Notes under the pieces: model-generated
The model's database searches: none
Seen by the model: the letters and a program-made list of their open reading frames with translations, nothing else
Told to the model about the DNA's origin: nothing
In this document: in pieces, positions 40,334 through 50,345 of the stretch
How positions within the stretch are numbered: the stretch's first letter is position 1
Layout of the letters: each line of letters begins with the position of its first letter
From: Leptospira sp.
GTDB taxonomy: Bacteria > Spirochaetota > Leptospiria > Leptospirales > Leptospiraceae
Assembly (NCBI GenBank): GCA_034439575.1
Contig: JAWXAQ010000002.1
Location: 32,001 to 96,000 of the forward strand
DNA length: 64,000 bases
Reading direction: 5' to 3'
Translations under genes and position numbers: made by a program

Positions 40334-40702
40334 TTATTTATTTGATTCATTATTTGTTGTAGGATCCACATTACAATCTTCTACAATCCAGGTTTTTCTA
40401 GTTAAAGAAATTGTAGAGCCACCTAATGCACTGATTGCGCCATCTAACCATGTAGTTTTTTGAAATAATTTGTAACTTTTATTTTTTGCTGGAAACAATT
40501 CCTTTTCATCCAGTTTGTTTATCGGGTAACTTCCCCAAAATAAATACCATTGCGGATAAATTCTCTCTCCGTTACATTTTTTCTCCCAACCTTCTAACAT
40601 TATGGCATGATCCGCATATGGACTTTGAAATCTATGTGTTGTGCAATGATTGATAACTAAAAATAAAATTAAGTAAGCGAATGATTTCGAAATTCTTTTC
40701 AT
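40334..40702 (-). CDS. Small lipoprotein (Bor/TRL-like Leptospira family)
   Basis: INH-C lipobox; QWYLFWG.YPIN, TTWLDGAIS, IVEDC. Confidence 0.65.
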   Translation of the reverse strand: MKRISKSFAYLILFLVINHCTTHRFQSPYADHAIMLEGWEKKCNGERIYPQWYLFWGSYPINKLDEKELFPAKNKSYKLFQKTTWLDGAISALGGSTISLTRKTWIVEDCNVDPTTNNESNK

Positions 40703-40814
40703 ATTGTGTATAAAATTTACAAAGATATAATTTACCGCAAAGAAAAAATTATTAAAAATGGTTTTACTAATGGAGAATAAATAAAGAGCATAGATTCAAC
40801 ATTTAGAGGTCATT

Positions 40815-42431
40815 ATGCCAGAGTTTTTTTATACCGATCCCTTCCCATTGGGAGAAGATACAACCCCATATAAATTGCTAACCAAGGATTTTGTAAGTAC
40901 GGTTCCATTCGGTGACAAAGAAATTCTAAAGGTTGAACCAGAAGGTCTTACTTACCTTTCCCAAAAAGCCATGGAAGACATCGCCTTTTATTTGCGACCA
41001 GGCCATTTACAAAAAGTTAGAAATATTTTGGATGATCCAGAAGCAACGGAAAACGATCGATTTGTGGCCATGGCACTTTTAAAAAATGCAGTGATAGCAT
41101 CTGATAAACAGCTTCCTTCCTGCCAAGATACAGGGACAGGCATCGTTGTGGCAAAGAAAGGTGAATATGTGATTACTGGCGGAGACGATGCCGAGGCACT
41201 CTCACTCGGAATATATAATACTTATGTAGATCGTAACCTACGTTATTCGCAAGTGGTTCCATTAAGTATGTATGAAGAAACAAATTCTGGATCCAACTTA
41301 CCAGCGCAAGTTGATATATATTCAGTTCCCGGAAATAAGTATAGTTTTTTATTTATGGCAAAAGGTGGCGGATCAGCTAACAAAACATATCTTTACCAAG
41401 AAACAAAGGCTTTACTGAACCCAGCATCGCTTGAAAAATTCATTTCAGAGAAAGTCGCAGGTCTTGGAACTTCTGCTTGCCCTCCGTATCATATAGCAGT
41501 TGTTATCGGTGGAACATCAGCAGAAATGAATCTCAAAACCGTTAAACTAGCATCGGCTGGTTATTTAGATCATTTGCCTACAAAAGGAAACAAACAGGGT
41601 GTAGCTTTTCGAGATTTAGAATTGGAAGAGAAAATGTTAAAGGCGGCTCAAAAATCAGGGATCGGTGCTCAGTTCGGTGGTAAGTATTTAGCACATGACT
41701 TCCGAATCATTCGGCTTCCAAGACACGGAGCATCTTGTCCCGTTGGACTCGGCCTTAGTTGTAGTGCGGATCGTAATTTAAAAGCTAAAATCACTAAGGA
41801 CGGCATCTTTATCGAAGAATTAGAATACGATCCAGCGAAATTTTTACCAACGATAGAAGAAACAGATGCTAGTAACGAAGCAGTTCATATCAATTTGAAC
41901 CAACCTATGAAAGAGATTCTAAATATTTTAAGTAAACATCCAGTTAAAACAAGAGTTATGCTGTCTGGTAGGTTGGTGGTTGCTCGTGATATTGCCCATG
42001 CTAAACTCAAAGAAAAATTAGATAAAGGCGAAGCTCTACCAGAATATTTCAAAAATCATCCTATCTATTATGCAGGTCCTGCCAAAACTCCAGAAGGCAT
42101 GCCTTCAGGTTCTTTTGGACCGACTACCGCAGGTAGAATGGATAGTTATGTACCTCTATTCCAAGAAAAAGGTTATTCTATGATTTCATTAGCAAAAGGG
42201 AATCGTTCTAAAATTGTCACGGATAGTTGTAAAAAGAACGGTGGCTTCTATTTAGGTTCCATTGGTGGGCCTGCCGCCTTACTCGCAAAAGAAAATATAA
42301 AAAAAGTAGAGGTGTTAGACTATCCTGAACTCGGTATGGAAGCAATCTGGGCGATAGAAGTAGAAAACTTTCCTGCTTTTATCGTAGTTGATGACAAAGG
42401 AAATGATTTCTTTCAGATGTTAACACATTGA
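40815..42431 (+). CDS. Class I (4Fe-4S) fumarate hydratase
   Basis: [35 protein letters not shown]. Confidence 0.95.
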   Translation: MPEFFYTDPFPLGEDTTPYKLLTKDFVSTVPFGDKEILKVEPEGLTYLSQKAMEDIAFYLRPGHLQKVRNILDDPEATENDRFVAMALLKNAVIASDKQLPSCQDTGTGIVVAKKGEYVITGGDDAEALSLGIYNTYVDRNLRYSQVVPLSMYEETNSGSNLPAQVDIYSVPGNKYSFLFMAKGGGSANKTYLYQETKALLNPASLEKFISEKVAGLGTSACPPYHIAVVIGGTSAEMNLKTVKLASAGYLDHLPTKGNKQGVAFRDLELEEKMLKAAQKSGIGAQFGGKYLAHDFRIIRLPRHGASCPVGLGLSCSADRNLKAKITKDGIFIEELEYDPAKFLPTIEETDASNEAVHINLNQPMKEILNILSKHPVKTRVMLSGRLVVARDIAHAKLKEKLDKGEALPEYFKNHPIYYAGPAKTPEGMPSGSFGPTTAGRMDSYVPLFQEKGYSMISLAKGNRSKIVTDSCKKNGGFYLGSIGGPAALLAKENIKKVEVLDYPELGMEAIWAIEVENFPAFIVVDDKGNDFFQMLTH

Positions 42432-42445
42432 AGATTAAGTTTCGA

Positions 42446-42471
42446 AGCTTCCTTTCTTTATAAAGGAAGCT
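42446..42471. terminator. Hairpin between convergent genes
   Basis: AGCTTCCTTT-ctttat-AAAGGAAGCT. Confidence 0.75.
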
Positions 42472-42474
42472 GTT

Positions 42475-43629
42475 TCATTCGCAGGCAATATCGATAAATA
42501 TCGACAATCTACCCTCAATGATTTTGGAGAACACAATCAATTTTTCATTTAAACTATGATCAAAGTAAGGCTCACTCAAATGCCACTGCTCTTGGTTTCG
42601 GAATGCTTTTTTCACATGTTTATAAAAAAACGGAAGATATGACCAATTCTTATCTAGACTAGATTTATTCTCTTTAAATCCAGCTTCTCCTTCGCGTTCG
42701 TAATAGGCAGAAACTTGAGTACCATCCCATTCTGTAATATAGACTCGTTTGATAGAAGGGGAGATTTTGAAAATAGACTGTGCATCAATTAAGACAGTAC
42801 TTCCCATTTTTTTAATTATGATGTTAGTTGCTTCTAGTGAATCCAGAAGTTTGGTCTCAAAAGCAATTTCTTCTGTGATTTTTTTGTGTTTGTATTGATG
42901 AAATGTTTCAAATAGTTCCTTTCTTATTTTCACATTGCCTTGCAAAGGAAGATATTCTTTTATCTCTTCACCTAGTAAGTTTCCTTGCAGAAATCTTGTA
43001 CCGGAATTAAGAGCGATGTGTAACTGACTCTCAGTTGTGATTCCTTCAAAAAATAGCGCCAAACCTGTGCTTAGCGAAAAATCACTTAAATAAGCAAGGA
43101 TTGATTTAAATTCCCTTCCTTGGTTGGACTTATTTAATAAAGAAATATTGATCCTGATGATGTCTGGTTTTAAAGCAGCCAATCTTTCCAAATTGTATGC
43201 TTCTTCTCCCAATCCATCTAAAACTATTTTGAAACCTAATTCCTTTGCAAATTCGACCGCAGTCAATAAAGCATCTAATCTTTGATTTCCATTTCTGTCA
43301 TGAATTATGAGAAAAATATTATCTGATTTCAGTCCTAAATCTGATATTTGTTTTTTGATTTTTGAATGAAGACCGATGGAATTTTCAAAATCGGTAATTA
43401 ATTCTTCTACCGAAATATTTATAAAAATATTGTTTTGAAATTTTGAATCAGCTAATTTTGAGAAGGCTAAGTTGAAAAACGAATTATCAATTTCGTTTAA
43501 TAGATTTTCTAGGAACAAATTTTCTTTTAACTCATATCCGAATATAGATTGATCTTCTACAGAATAAATCGGAATCAATGTGGGAGCTATCTTCGCAGAA
43601 CTAATACTTGGATTTGGTTTTGTTAACAT
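42475..43629 (-). CDS. Degenerate EAL-domain protein with YkuI-like C-terminal domain
   Basis: IFINIS, IVLDGLG, PDIIRI, FEGI, LQGNL; C-terminal NWSYLPFF, LSEPYFD. Confidence 0.8.
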   Translation of the reverse strand: MLTKPNPSISSAKIAPTLIPIYSVEDQSIFGYELKENLFLENLLNEIDNSFFNLAFSKLADSKFQNNIFINISVEELITDFENSIGLHSKIKKQISDLGLKSDNIFLIIHDRNGNQRLDALLTAVEFAKELGFKIVLDGLGEEAYNLERLAALKPDIIRINISLLNKSNQGREFKSILAYLSDFSLSTGLALFFEGITTESQLHIALNSGTRFLQGNLLGEEIKEYLPLQGNVKIRKELFETFHQYKHKKITEEIAFETKLLDSLEATNIIIKKMGSTVLIDAQSIFKISPSIKRVYITEWDGTQVSAYYEREGEAGFKENKSSLDKNWSYLPFFYKHVKKAFRNQEQWHLSEPYFDHSLNEKLIVFSKIIEGRLSIFIDIACE

Positions 43630-43631
43630 AA

Positions 43632-44609
43632 TTATAAGAGTCCTTTTTCTTTTAAAAAATCTTTATTGTATATTTTCGATTGGTATTTGGAACCACTGTC
43701 ACATAACACAGTTACGATTGTATGTCCAGGTCCTAATTTTTTTGCCATTTGGTAAGCTGCTCCGAGGTTGATCCCGACTGAACCACCCATAAACAAACCA
43801 TCTTTTTCTAAAACCTGATATAGAATTCTTATGCACTCTTTATCATCAATTTGTATCGCATCATCAACAGGCATTTTTTCCATATTTTTTGTTATGCGAC
43901 CTTGACCAATGCCTTCAGTGATTGAGCTCCCTTCGATTTTGATTTCACCAGTTTTCACAAAGGAAAAAATTCCTGAACCCATCGGATCTGCGACTATACA
44001 TTTGATATTGGGATTTTTTTCTTTTAGAAAGGCTCCTGTTCCCGCATAAGTTCCACCTGTTCCAAGTGCTGTCACCCATACGTCAATTTTGCCTTTCGTA
44101 TCTCTCCATATTTCAGGCCCTGTAGTTTCATAATGCGCCCGTTTGTTGGCAAGATTGTCAAATTGGTTTGCCCATATCGAGTTTGGGATTTCCTTTGCTA
44201 GTTTCTCAGATACTCTAACATAATTATTGGGATTAATATAAGGAACGGCTTCTGCGAGTATTACATCAGCACCTAATGTTCGCAATGTTTCTATTTTTTC
44301 TTTTGATTGTGTTTTAGGAATAATGATAACGGATCTATAACCTTTCGCATTACAGATGTGAGTGAGTCCGATGCCAGTATTGCCTGCAGTACCTTCAACA
44401 ACCGTCCCCCCTTTTTTCAAAATTCCTTTTTTTTCGGCATCTTGGATAATATAGAGCGCGGCCCTGTCTTTCACCGAACCACCGGGATTCATAAATTCGG
44501 CCTTGCCCAAAATTTCACAACCCGTCTCCTCACTTAGAGAATGGATGCGAATCAGAGGCGTATTCCCAATAGAATCCACAAATCCTTGTCTGATAAATTG
44601 GTTCGTCAT
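43632..44609 (-). CDS. cysK: Cysteine synthase (O-acetylserine sulfhydrylase)
   Basis: IGNTPL, KAEFMNPGGSVKDR, EGTAGNTG, GTGGT; GGAG RBS before ATG 44609. Confidence 0.93.
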   Translation of the reverse strand: MTNQFIRQGFVDSIGNTPLIRIHSLSEETGCEILGKAEFMNPGGSVKDRAALYIIQDAEKKGILKKGGTVVEGTAGNTGIGLTHICNAKGYRSVIIIPKTQSKEKIETLRTLGADVILAEAVPYINPNNYVRVSEKLAKEIPNSIWANQFDNLANKRAHYETTGPEIWRDTKGKIDVWVTALGTGGTYAGTGAFLKEKNPNIKCIVADPMGSGIFSFVKTGEIKIEGSSITEGIGQGRITKNMEKMPVDDAIQIDDKECIRILYQVLEKDGLFMGGSVGINLGAAYQMAKKLGPGHTIVTVLCDSGSKYQSKIYNKDFLKEKGLL

Positions 44610-44744
44610 AATCAAAACTCCAGAAGTCCTTTCTGGACAATTGAAGTAAATTCTGCTCAGGATACCAGAAATAAATCAATATATGAGAAATAAAATTCGT
44701 TATATTGGAAAATTTTCCTAAATTAAACAAATGGCAAAAGATTT

Positions 44745-44878
44745 GGGCGCCTCGCATTCTTTACAGGACTGCTGCCTTTTTAAGGAAGCGAACGGGCTAT
44801 CCGCTACAATCCTTCGCAAATTTACTTATAGGGATGATAAAAATGGCGCGAAGGGATTTTCGCTACTATCCCTGGCGC
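44745..44878 (+). ncRNA. Structured repeat element copy 2, resembling Flavo-1 RNA motif
   Basis: Same three conserved blocks as 37805-37883, with longer variable loops and compensatory stem changes. Confidence 0.7.
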
Positions 44879-44963
44879 GGTAAATGGTTTGCATAGTCTA
44901 ATTAAAGTTAGACTTAATTTTCTTTAAACTTTTAGCTAATCAGAATTAAAATAGAATTTTTAA

Positions 44964-45965
44964 CTATTTTACGAACACCTGATCAAAGGAAGCTCCATCG
45001 GCAAAATGATCTTTTTGAGCTTTGATCCAACCTCCAAAATCATTATCAATAGTTACCAATTCAATCTTTGGAAATTTATGTTCGTATTTTTTTAATACTT
45101 TTTCATTGCGAGGGCGGTACCCGTGTTTGGCGATAATTTCTTGTGCGGACTCAGAATAAAGTGACTTTAAGTAAGCCTTGGAAGCCTCAAGTGTTCCATG
45201 TTTGGTGGCATATTTTTCTACTAAGGCAACTGGAGGTTCTGCAAGAATACTCAATGAGGGAATCACGACTTCAAATTTATCTTTTCCAAATTCATCCAAG
45301 ATCAGAAAAGATTCATTTTCCCATGCAAGTAACACATCACCTAATTCGTTTTTTGCGAATGTTGTACTCGATCCTCTCGCTCCTGAATCAAGCACGGGTA
45401 CATTTTTGTATAAAGTTTTTATAAAATTTTCTACTTTTGTTCTATCTTTATTGAATTTCTTTTCTGCAAAGGCCCAAGCGGCTAAATAATTCCATCTAGC
45501 ACCTCCACTTGTTTTTGGATTGGGAGTGATGACTGAAACTTTTGGTTTTACTAAATCATCCCAATCTTTAATATTCTTGGGATTTCCTTTTCTCACAACA
45601 AATACAATCGTCGATGTATAAGGTGTGCTATTATATGGTAGAGATTTGGCCCAGTCTCTGGATATCAATCCTTTGGAAGCGATGATATCAATGTCGTAAG
45701 CAAGTGCCAATGTAACAATGTCTGCTTCCAATCCTTCAATCACTGAGCGGGCTTGTTTGCCACTTCCGGCATGTGATTGGTTAATATGAACATCGATTCC
45801 CGTTTTTGATTTCCAATAGTTTACAAACAATTTGTTGTATTCTGCATACAATTCTCTAGTCGGATCGTAAGAGACATTTAACAGTTTTAAGTCTTCGGCT
45901 AAAAGACTTATGCTCTGGAAAACTAAGAGGGTTGATATTGTGATTTGTTTGAGTAGCGTTTTCAT
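44964..45965 (-). CDS. sbp: Sulfate ABC transporter substrate-binding protein
   Basis: [45 protein letters not shown]. Confidence 0.95.
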   Translation of the reverse strand: MKTLLKQITISTLLVFQSISLLAEDLKLLNVSYDPTRELYAEYNKLFVNYWKSKTGIDVHINQSHAGSGKQARSVIEGLEADIVTLALAYDIDIIASKGLISRDWAKSLPYNSTPYTSTIVFVVRKGNPKNIKDWDDLVKPKVSVITPNPKTSGGARWNYLAAWAFAEKKFNKDRTKVENFIKTLYKNVPVLDSGARGSSTTFAKNELGDVLLAWENESFLILDEFGKDKFEVVIPSLSILAEPPVALVEKYATKHGTLEASKAYLKSLYSESAQEIIAKHGYRPRNEKVLKKYEHKFPKIELVTIDNDFGGWIKAQKDHFADGASFDQVFVK

Positions 45966-46033
45966 TTTTTTTTCCTTTGATCAATTCATTTGTAATATTT
46001 ATAAAACGTAAATTTTGTATCTTCAACCTTTCC

Positions 46034-46963
46034 TTAAAATACCGGGTAGGTAGAAGGGCAGATCCCACTGGCAGGTGTAGCGCCTGATGCTGGTAATTCG
46101 CCTGCACTAGTTCCATATCTACATAATAAACTTGGAGTAATTGTTTCGGTAATTGCCTTACGATCAGAAACATTAATTTCTTCTTTGAAAAACTCTTGAA
46201 GCGAGGGGATTTTTGCATAAGCTGATTTCAAGGTTGTGTTTCCTAAGATCACTTTTTTGAAACAAGCTGCATCTTGTGTGATAGAGGGCAGAAGAGCATT
46301 GGCCTCTGCACCATCAAAAAGTGTTATTTCGGCTGCATTCACAAGTCGCAAATTTCCAATCACAAGTTCTTCATATTTTAAATCCAAAGTCTTGTTAATA
46401 ATTGCATTTGAGGTAACAATGCTATCATAACTAACTTTCATGTCTGCCTTAGCATTTGTGATGGTATGATATCGAAATGTATTTCGAAGCGCACTGAGAC
46501 TTGCCTCATCTTTACAAAGATAAACTCGAGGGACCACTTTATAACATCCATTAGGACTTGCATTTGCGGCCTCCGTTAAAGAAGTTACACTCACTAATTC
46601 TCGACTTGCTATGCTTGTTTTTATTAGATCAGAGCACTCATTGTACTTATCGAATGTCAAAGCCAAACCGTTGTAATATGAATCGGAGGCATTTTTCGCA
46701 TCTTGTGCATTTGTCACTAAGGTGTGAAACGTGTTTTCTCGACAGCGACCAGAAGCTACAACACTGGCAGTCGCTGAATAAACCGCAGTTCCATCACTGC
46801 CAGTGGACTTTTCAATCAATGCGCAGTTTCCTGACGAGTTATTTTGTAATAACCGAAAGTATTCCCCATATGTTTTTAAGTCTACGGGCTCATCTTTTTT
46901 ACAGCCTATAAAAAATAAGTTAAGAGTAATGATTATGATTGTTATATTTTTAAAATTTTTCAT
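46034..46963 (-). CDS. Cys-rich lipoprotein of unknown function
   Basis: FIG-C lipobox plus 8 further Cys; lies between barrel gene and sbp. Confidence 0.8.
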   Translation of the reverse strand: MKNFKNITIIIITLNLFFIGCKKDEPVDLKTYGEYFRLLQNNSSGNCALIEKSTGSDGTAVYSATASVVASGRCRENTFHTLVTNAQDAKNASDSYYNGLALTFDKYNECSDLIKTSIASRELVSVTSLTEAANASPNGCYKVVPRVYLCKDEASLSALRNTFRYHTITNAKADMKVSYDSIVTSNAIINKTLDLKYEELVIGNLRLVNAAEITLFDGAEANALLPSITQDAACFKKVILGNTTLKSAYAKIPSLQEFFKEEINVSDRKAITETITPSLLCRYGTSAGELPASGATPASGICPSTYPVF

Positions 46964-47015
46964 TTTTATTTCCTTAGCATAAATATATTCTAATGTACGA
47001 TTGTTTTAGCACATT

Positions 47016-48608
47016 TTAGAATAAACTATACATTACCTCCAGATATCCAAAATGGGAATTGATTTCTCTTCCTGTTGTATTGATTGTAAAATCCCCTGGT
47101 TTGAAATAGGCATAACCTAGATTGGCTTTGATTTTGGAATTTATATCAAATCGAACTCTGTAATTGTACTCCATGCCCATATAGTCTCCACTTTGCCCAG
47201 TTTGATCACGTAAATTGCCTACGCCGCTCCATCTATCTTTAGCACTTGCTAAGTAAAACCAAACAACTGCCGTATCCATTTTGATTCCACGAAACGGTTC
47301 AAATTCTAACACTAACTTGGGTGATTTGACATTTTCCATTTGAATGTAATCATTGCTAGACCAAGGTCTTGCAAAACCAAATAGCCTTTCAAATCTTTGA
47401 TTTGTATTATCGAGTGGGTTTCTATCTCCCGAAACATAACCGAAGAAAAAACCAGTTCTTGGTTTCCAAGGATGATTAAAAGAATAACCAGTATCAAAGG
47501 TAAATGCAAATGCTTCATGCCTTTGTTGCTTTTCTGTATCATTGACACCAAACTGAGTGATACCAGATATATCATAATCAAAACCAGACATATATACATT
47601 ATAAATTCTGATTCCAGCTGTGTGTATTTCACGACCGATACGATTATTTGGCTCATAGGCTAACTTCGATTCATTATAAATAGATTGTTCTAATCTAGAT
47701 TGTTTGAGAGTTAATAAATAAGGTTCTATCGTGATAATTTTTGACCAATGGCGGATATGTCCTATAATTCCACCAAACAACTGATTTCTGATTGGTTTAT
47801 CCAGTTCGTTAGTCAATCTTTCTATAGGCTTTAGAGCAAGGAAATCAACACTCCAATTATTTTGATCCTTTCCGAGGGAGATTTTAGTTCCTTGGAAAGT
47901 ATTAGTTGTGTTTCGCCATTCATTTAGACCAATCAATCGACGATCTAAAAATTCGAACGCCATTACCCCATAACGAATGCTAAGTGGTCTATTGATTCCT
48001 ACACCATTTTTAAAATACAGTTCACCGTATGCATTGATCGGCTCAGCCCTATTGTAATCCCGGTTATCAATTTCGTATTTGCTAAATTCTCTTTGAGCAT
48101 CTTCAATTTCGACTACAAAGCGAAACGGATCTAGTTTCTCTTTAAGCCCAAGGTATCCTCTCGTACGAAGTAATAATGGTCTGTCCACGCCTGAATCAGC
48201 TCGTCTAAGATCATTCTCTCTGTGTTCGTATCTAGTTCTATAATCAAGTCCAGCTTCGATCCAGTCCAAATTTTTAAAGGATTCGATTCCTGTTTGGCTC
48301 AACGGCTTAACATACGTTTGTGGGATTAAAATTCGAGTAGTGCCATAACTTTTGGGATTAACGTAATAGTCTTTTTCATTTTTTCGTTCCTCCTCTGCGA
48401 GTTCCTTTTGTATAGATTCTATTCCCTTGCCATCATTTGGTTGTTCTTCATATTTAACATCTTCTGGCGGATCTAGATTTGTGGTGAGCGGTGCCGCCTC
48501 TGTTTTTGTCGCTTTTGGTTTTTCTTCTTTAGCTGGTTGCCCATTTAGATTTGCATAGCTGGTAAGAAGGCAGAAACCGACCAATAATTGTAGTATTTGT
48601 TTTTTCAC
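47016..48608 (-). CDS. Alginate-export (AlgE-like) outer-membrane beta-barrel
   Basis: GLDYRTRYE, LLRTR.YLG, DRRLIG.NEWRN, YVSGD.NP.D...RF.RLFG; C-terminal Phe. Confidence 0.85.
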   Translation of the reverse strand: MKKQILQLLVGFCLLTSYANLNGQPAKEEKPKATKTEAAPLTTNLDPPEDVKYEEQPNDGKGIESIQKELAEEERKNEKDYYVNPKSYGTTRILIPQTYVKPLSQTGIESFKNLDWIEAGLDYRTRYEHRENDLRRADSGVDRPLLLRTRGYLGLKEKLDPFRFVVEIEDAQREFSKYEIDNRDYNRAEPINAYGELYFKNGVGINRPLSIRYGVMAFEFLDRRLIGLNEWRNTTNTFQGTKISLGKDQNNWSVDFLALKPIERLTNELDKPIRNQLFGGIIGHIRHWSKIITIEPYLLTLKQSRLEQSIYNESKLAYEPNNRIGREIHTAGIRIYNVYMSGFDYDISGITQFGVNDTEKQQRHEAFAFTFDTGYSFNHPWKPRTGFFFGYVSGDRNPLDNTNQRFERLFGFARPWSSNDYIQMENVKSPKLVLEFEPFRGIKMDTAVVWFYLASAKDRWSGVGNLRDQTGQSGDYMGMEYNYRVRFDINSKIKANLGYAYFKPGDFTINTTGREINSHFGYLEVMYSLF

Positions 48609-49094
48609 TTTGAGACCCCCGATTCGACCAGTGTTGCCAAGGGAAGATATTATCCAATATTGTCTACAAAATAATCTGTTATAGTGAATAAATATTTCAT
48701 TTTTATTTCCATTAAGTCAATAATGGCAGTAAATTTAACATTTTGTCTAGTTTATTGGACATTTAATCGTAAATGGATTTAAATTAATGGGGTGACACAA
48801 AAATCTATATGATTCGGATTTCATTCAAAATTAGGTGAGTATTGGCGAAAAAGGTAACGATTAACATTACATTGAATGGAAATAGTCTCTTAAAATTTCT
48901 CAAATTCCTAAACAAAATACAATTCTGAAACTTTAGTATAAACTAATATAAGTTAAAGTTTAGTAATATTTGAAAGAATAGATACAAAGAACAATGATGC
49001 GTTTAGATTCGAGGCATTTAGCTAAAGATAGAAAACCGATATTATTATATTGCCAATTGAAATAAATAATAAAATCATATGGCGAAACAAGCAT

Positions 49095-49979
49095 ATGGAT
49101 TCCACTTTTAGAACATATCATTGTTTGAGTTTAACACTCATATTTTTATTTTGTTTTCCTATATTTTCCGAAACGATTTTACTAAAAAATGGGGAAGTGA
49201 TCATCGGTCAGGTAACAGATCAAAATGATGCTTTTGTCAAAATCCAAATTGAAAATGGAAAAAATGTAGAGATCAATAAAAATCAAATTCTTAAAATAAT
49301 ATATAGAACACTGACAGATACAGAAATTAAAAAAGTTCATGCCGAAGAATTAAAGTTAGCAAAAGAAAAAGAAGAGGAAGCTAAAAATTTAAAAAAATAT
49401 CAAACCAAACAAAGATTAGACTCTCTAGATAAAGATGGAAACAACGAAAATTCATCAAAAACAAAATTGAACGAATGGCAACTACTCAGAAAATCTGCAT
49501 ACCTACCAACGTCTGGTCTTTGGGAGCAAAAAGAAAAAAAATTTGCGATCGGTTATGCGAGTCTTTTGTTTCTTGGAATATTAAAGACATTATACTATCA
49601 AGAAAAACTTTCTGAAGCACAATACCACTATGACAATTTACTCATTGGTTCGCAGATTATTTCGGTAAAAAATAGTTCATTATCAAATGCAAAATTAACC
49701 GATCTTGGTTTGGTTACCAATTTGGAAACCAATGCGGCAGAAATCAGAAAAATAGATTTAGAATATAAGGATTCAATTAAATTAGTAGGCATCGTATATT
49801 TAGCTCAATTATTACACACTTACGTATTAGCCAAAAAAAATAGAGGAGTTGCCCAGGAAGAGAATTTATCCGGCATTAAATTTAACGGCAATTCCTTGTC
49901 CAAGAATCATCTGATGCGAGACAATGTTCAAAAAAACGAATACCAAATGTATATTTATTATGAGCAGAACTATGAATAA
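49095..49979 (+). CDS. Leptospira LA_0442/LA_0875-type N-terminal domain protein
   Basis: Signal peptide then ETILLKNGEVIIGQVTDQN...I.K..ILKIIY; charged linker; RKSAYLP..G.W. Confidence 0.7.
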   Translation: MDSTFRTYHCLSLTLIFLFCFPIFSETILLKNGEVIIGQVTDQNDAFVKIQIENGKNVEINKNQILKIIYRTLTDTEIKKVHAEELKLAKEKEEEAKNLKKYQTKQRLDSLDKDGNNENSSKTKLNEWQLLRKSAYLPTSGLWEQKEKKFAIGYASLLFLGILKTLYYQEKLSEAQYHYDNLLIGSQIISVKNSSLSNAKLTDLGLVTNLETNAAEIRKIDLEYKDSIKLVGIVYLAQLLHTYVLAKKNRGVAQEENLSGIKFNGNSLSKNHLMRDNVQKNEYQMYIYYEQNYE

Positions 49980-50264
49980 ATATTTTATATTATTTCTTTG
50001 TTTCGCTTCCGTTCAATGTCTACGTTTCGAGAAAGGATTATTTTTACCTGCATCCTTGTTTTTCTAGGAACCAGTAAAAATTCTTTGGGTTTTGTACAAA
50101 CTGCTGGGATTTATGGAACAGCTTGGGAATCAATCATTGCACCAACTAACAAGATTGTTACTGTTGGCAGTGGGATTGGACTCGGCCCAGGGGGTTTCAC
50201 TCGCTTTGACATAAGAAGATACAATTCAGATGGCTTTCTTGACAACTGGCACCGGATCAAATAA
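49972..50264 (+). pseudogene. Frameshifted remnant of a delta-60-repeat lipoprotein
   Basis: Signal MNKYFILFLCFASVQ-C stops at 50067; another frame carries IAPTNKIVTVG...FDIRRYNSDGFLD. Confidence 0.6.
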
Positions 50265-50345
50265 TTTTTTTCACCCCCTTATACGAATGGCGAGAGTGGA
50301 AATAAATTAAATGGGACTTTTGTATATTAAGAGGAAATCCTCAAT

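Noticed and set aside
47016-48608. Alginate biosynthesis locus
   Set aside because: No alg synthase, epimerase or lyase genes; neighbours are sulfur-uptake genes
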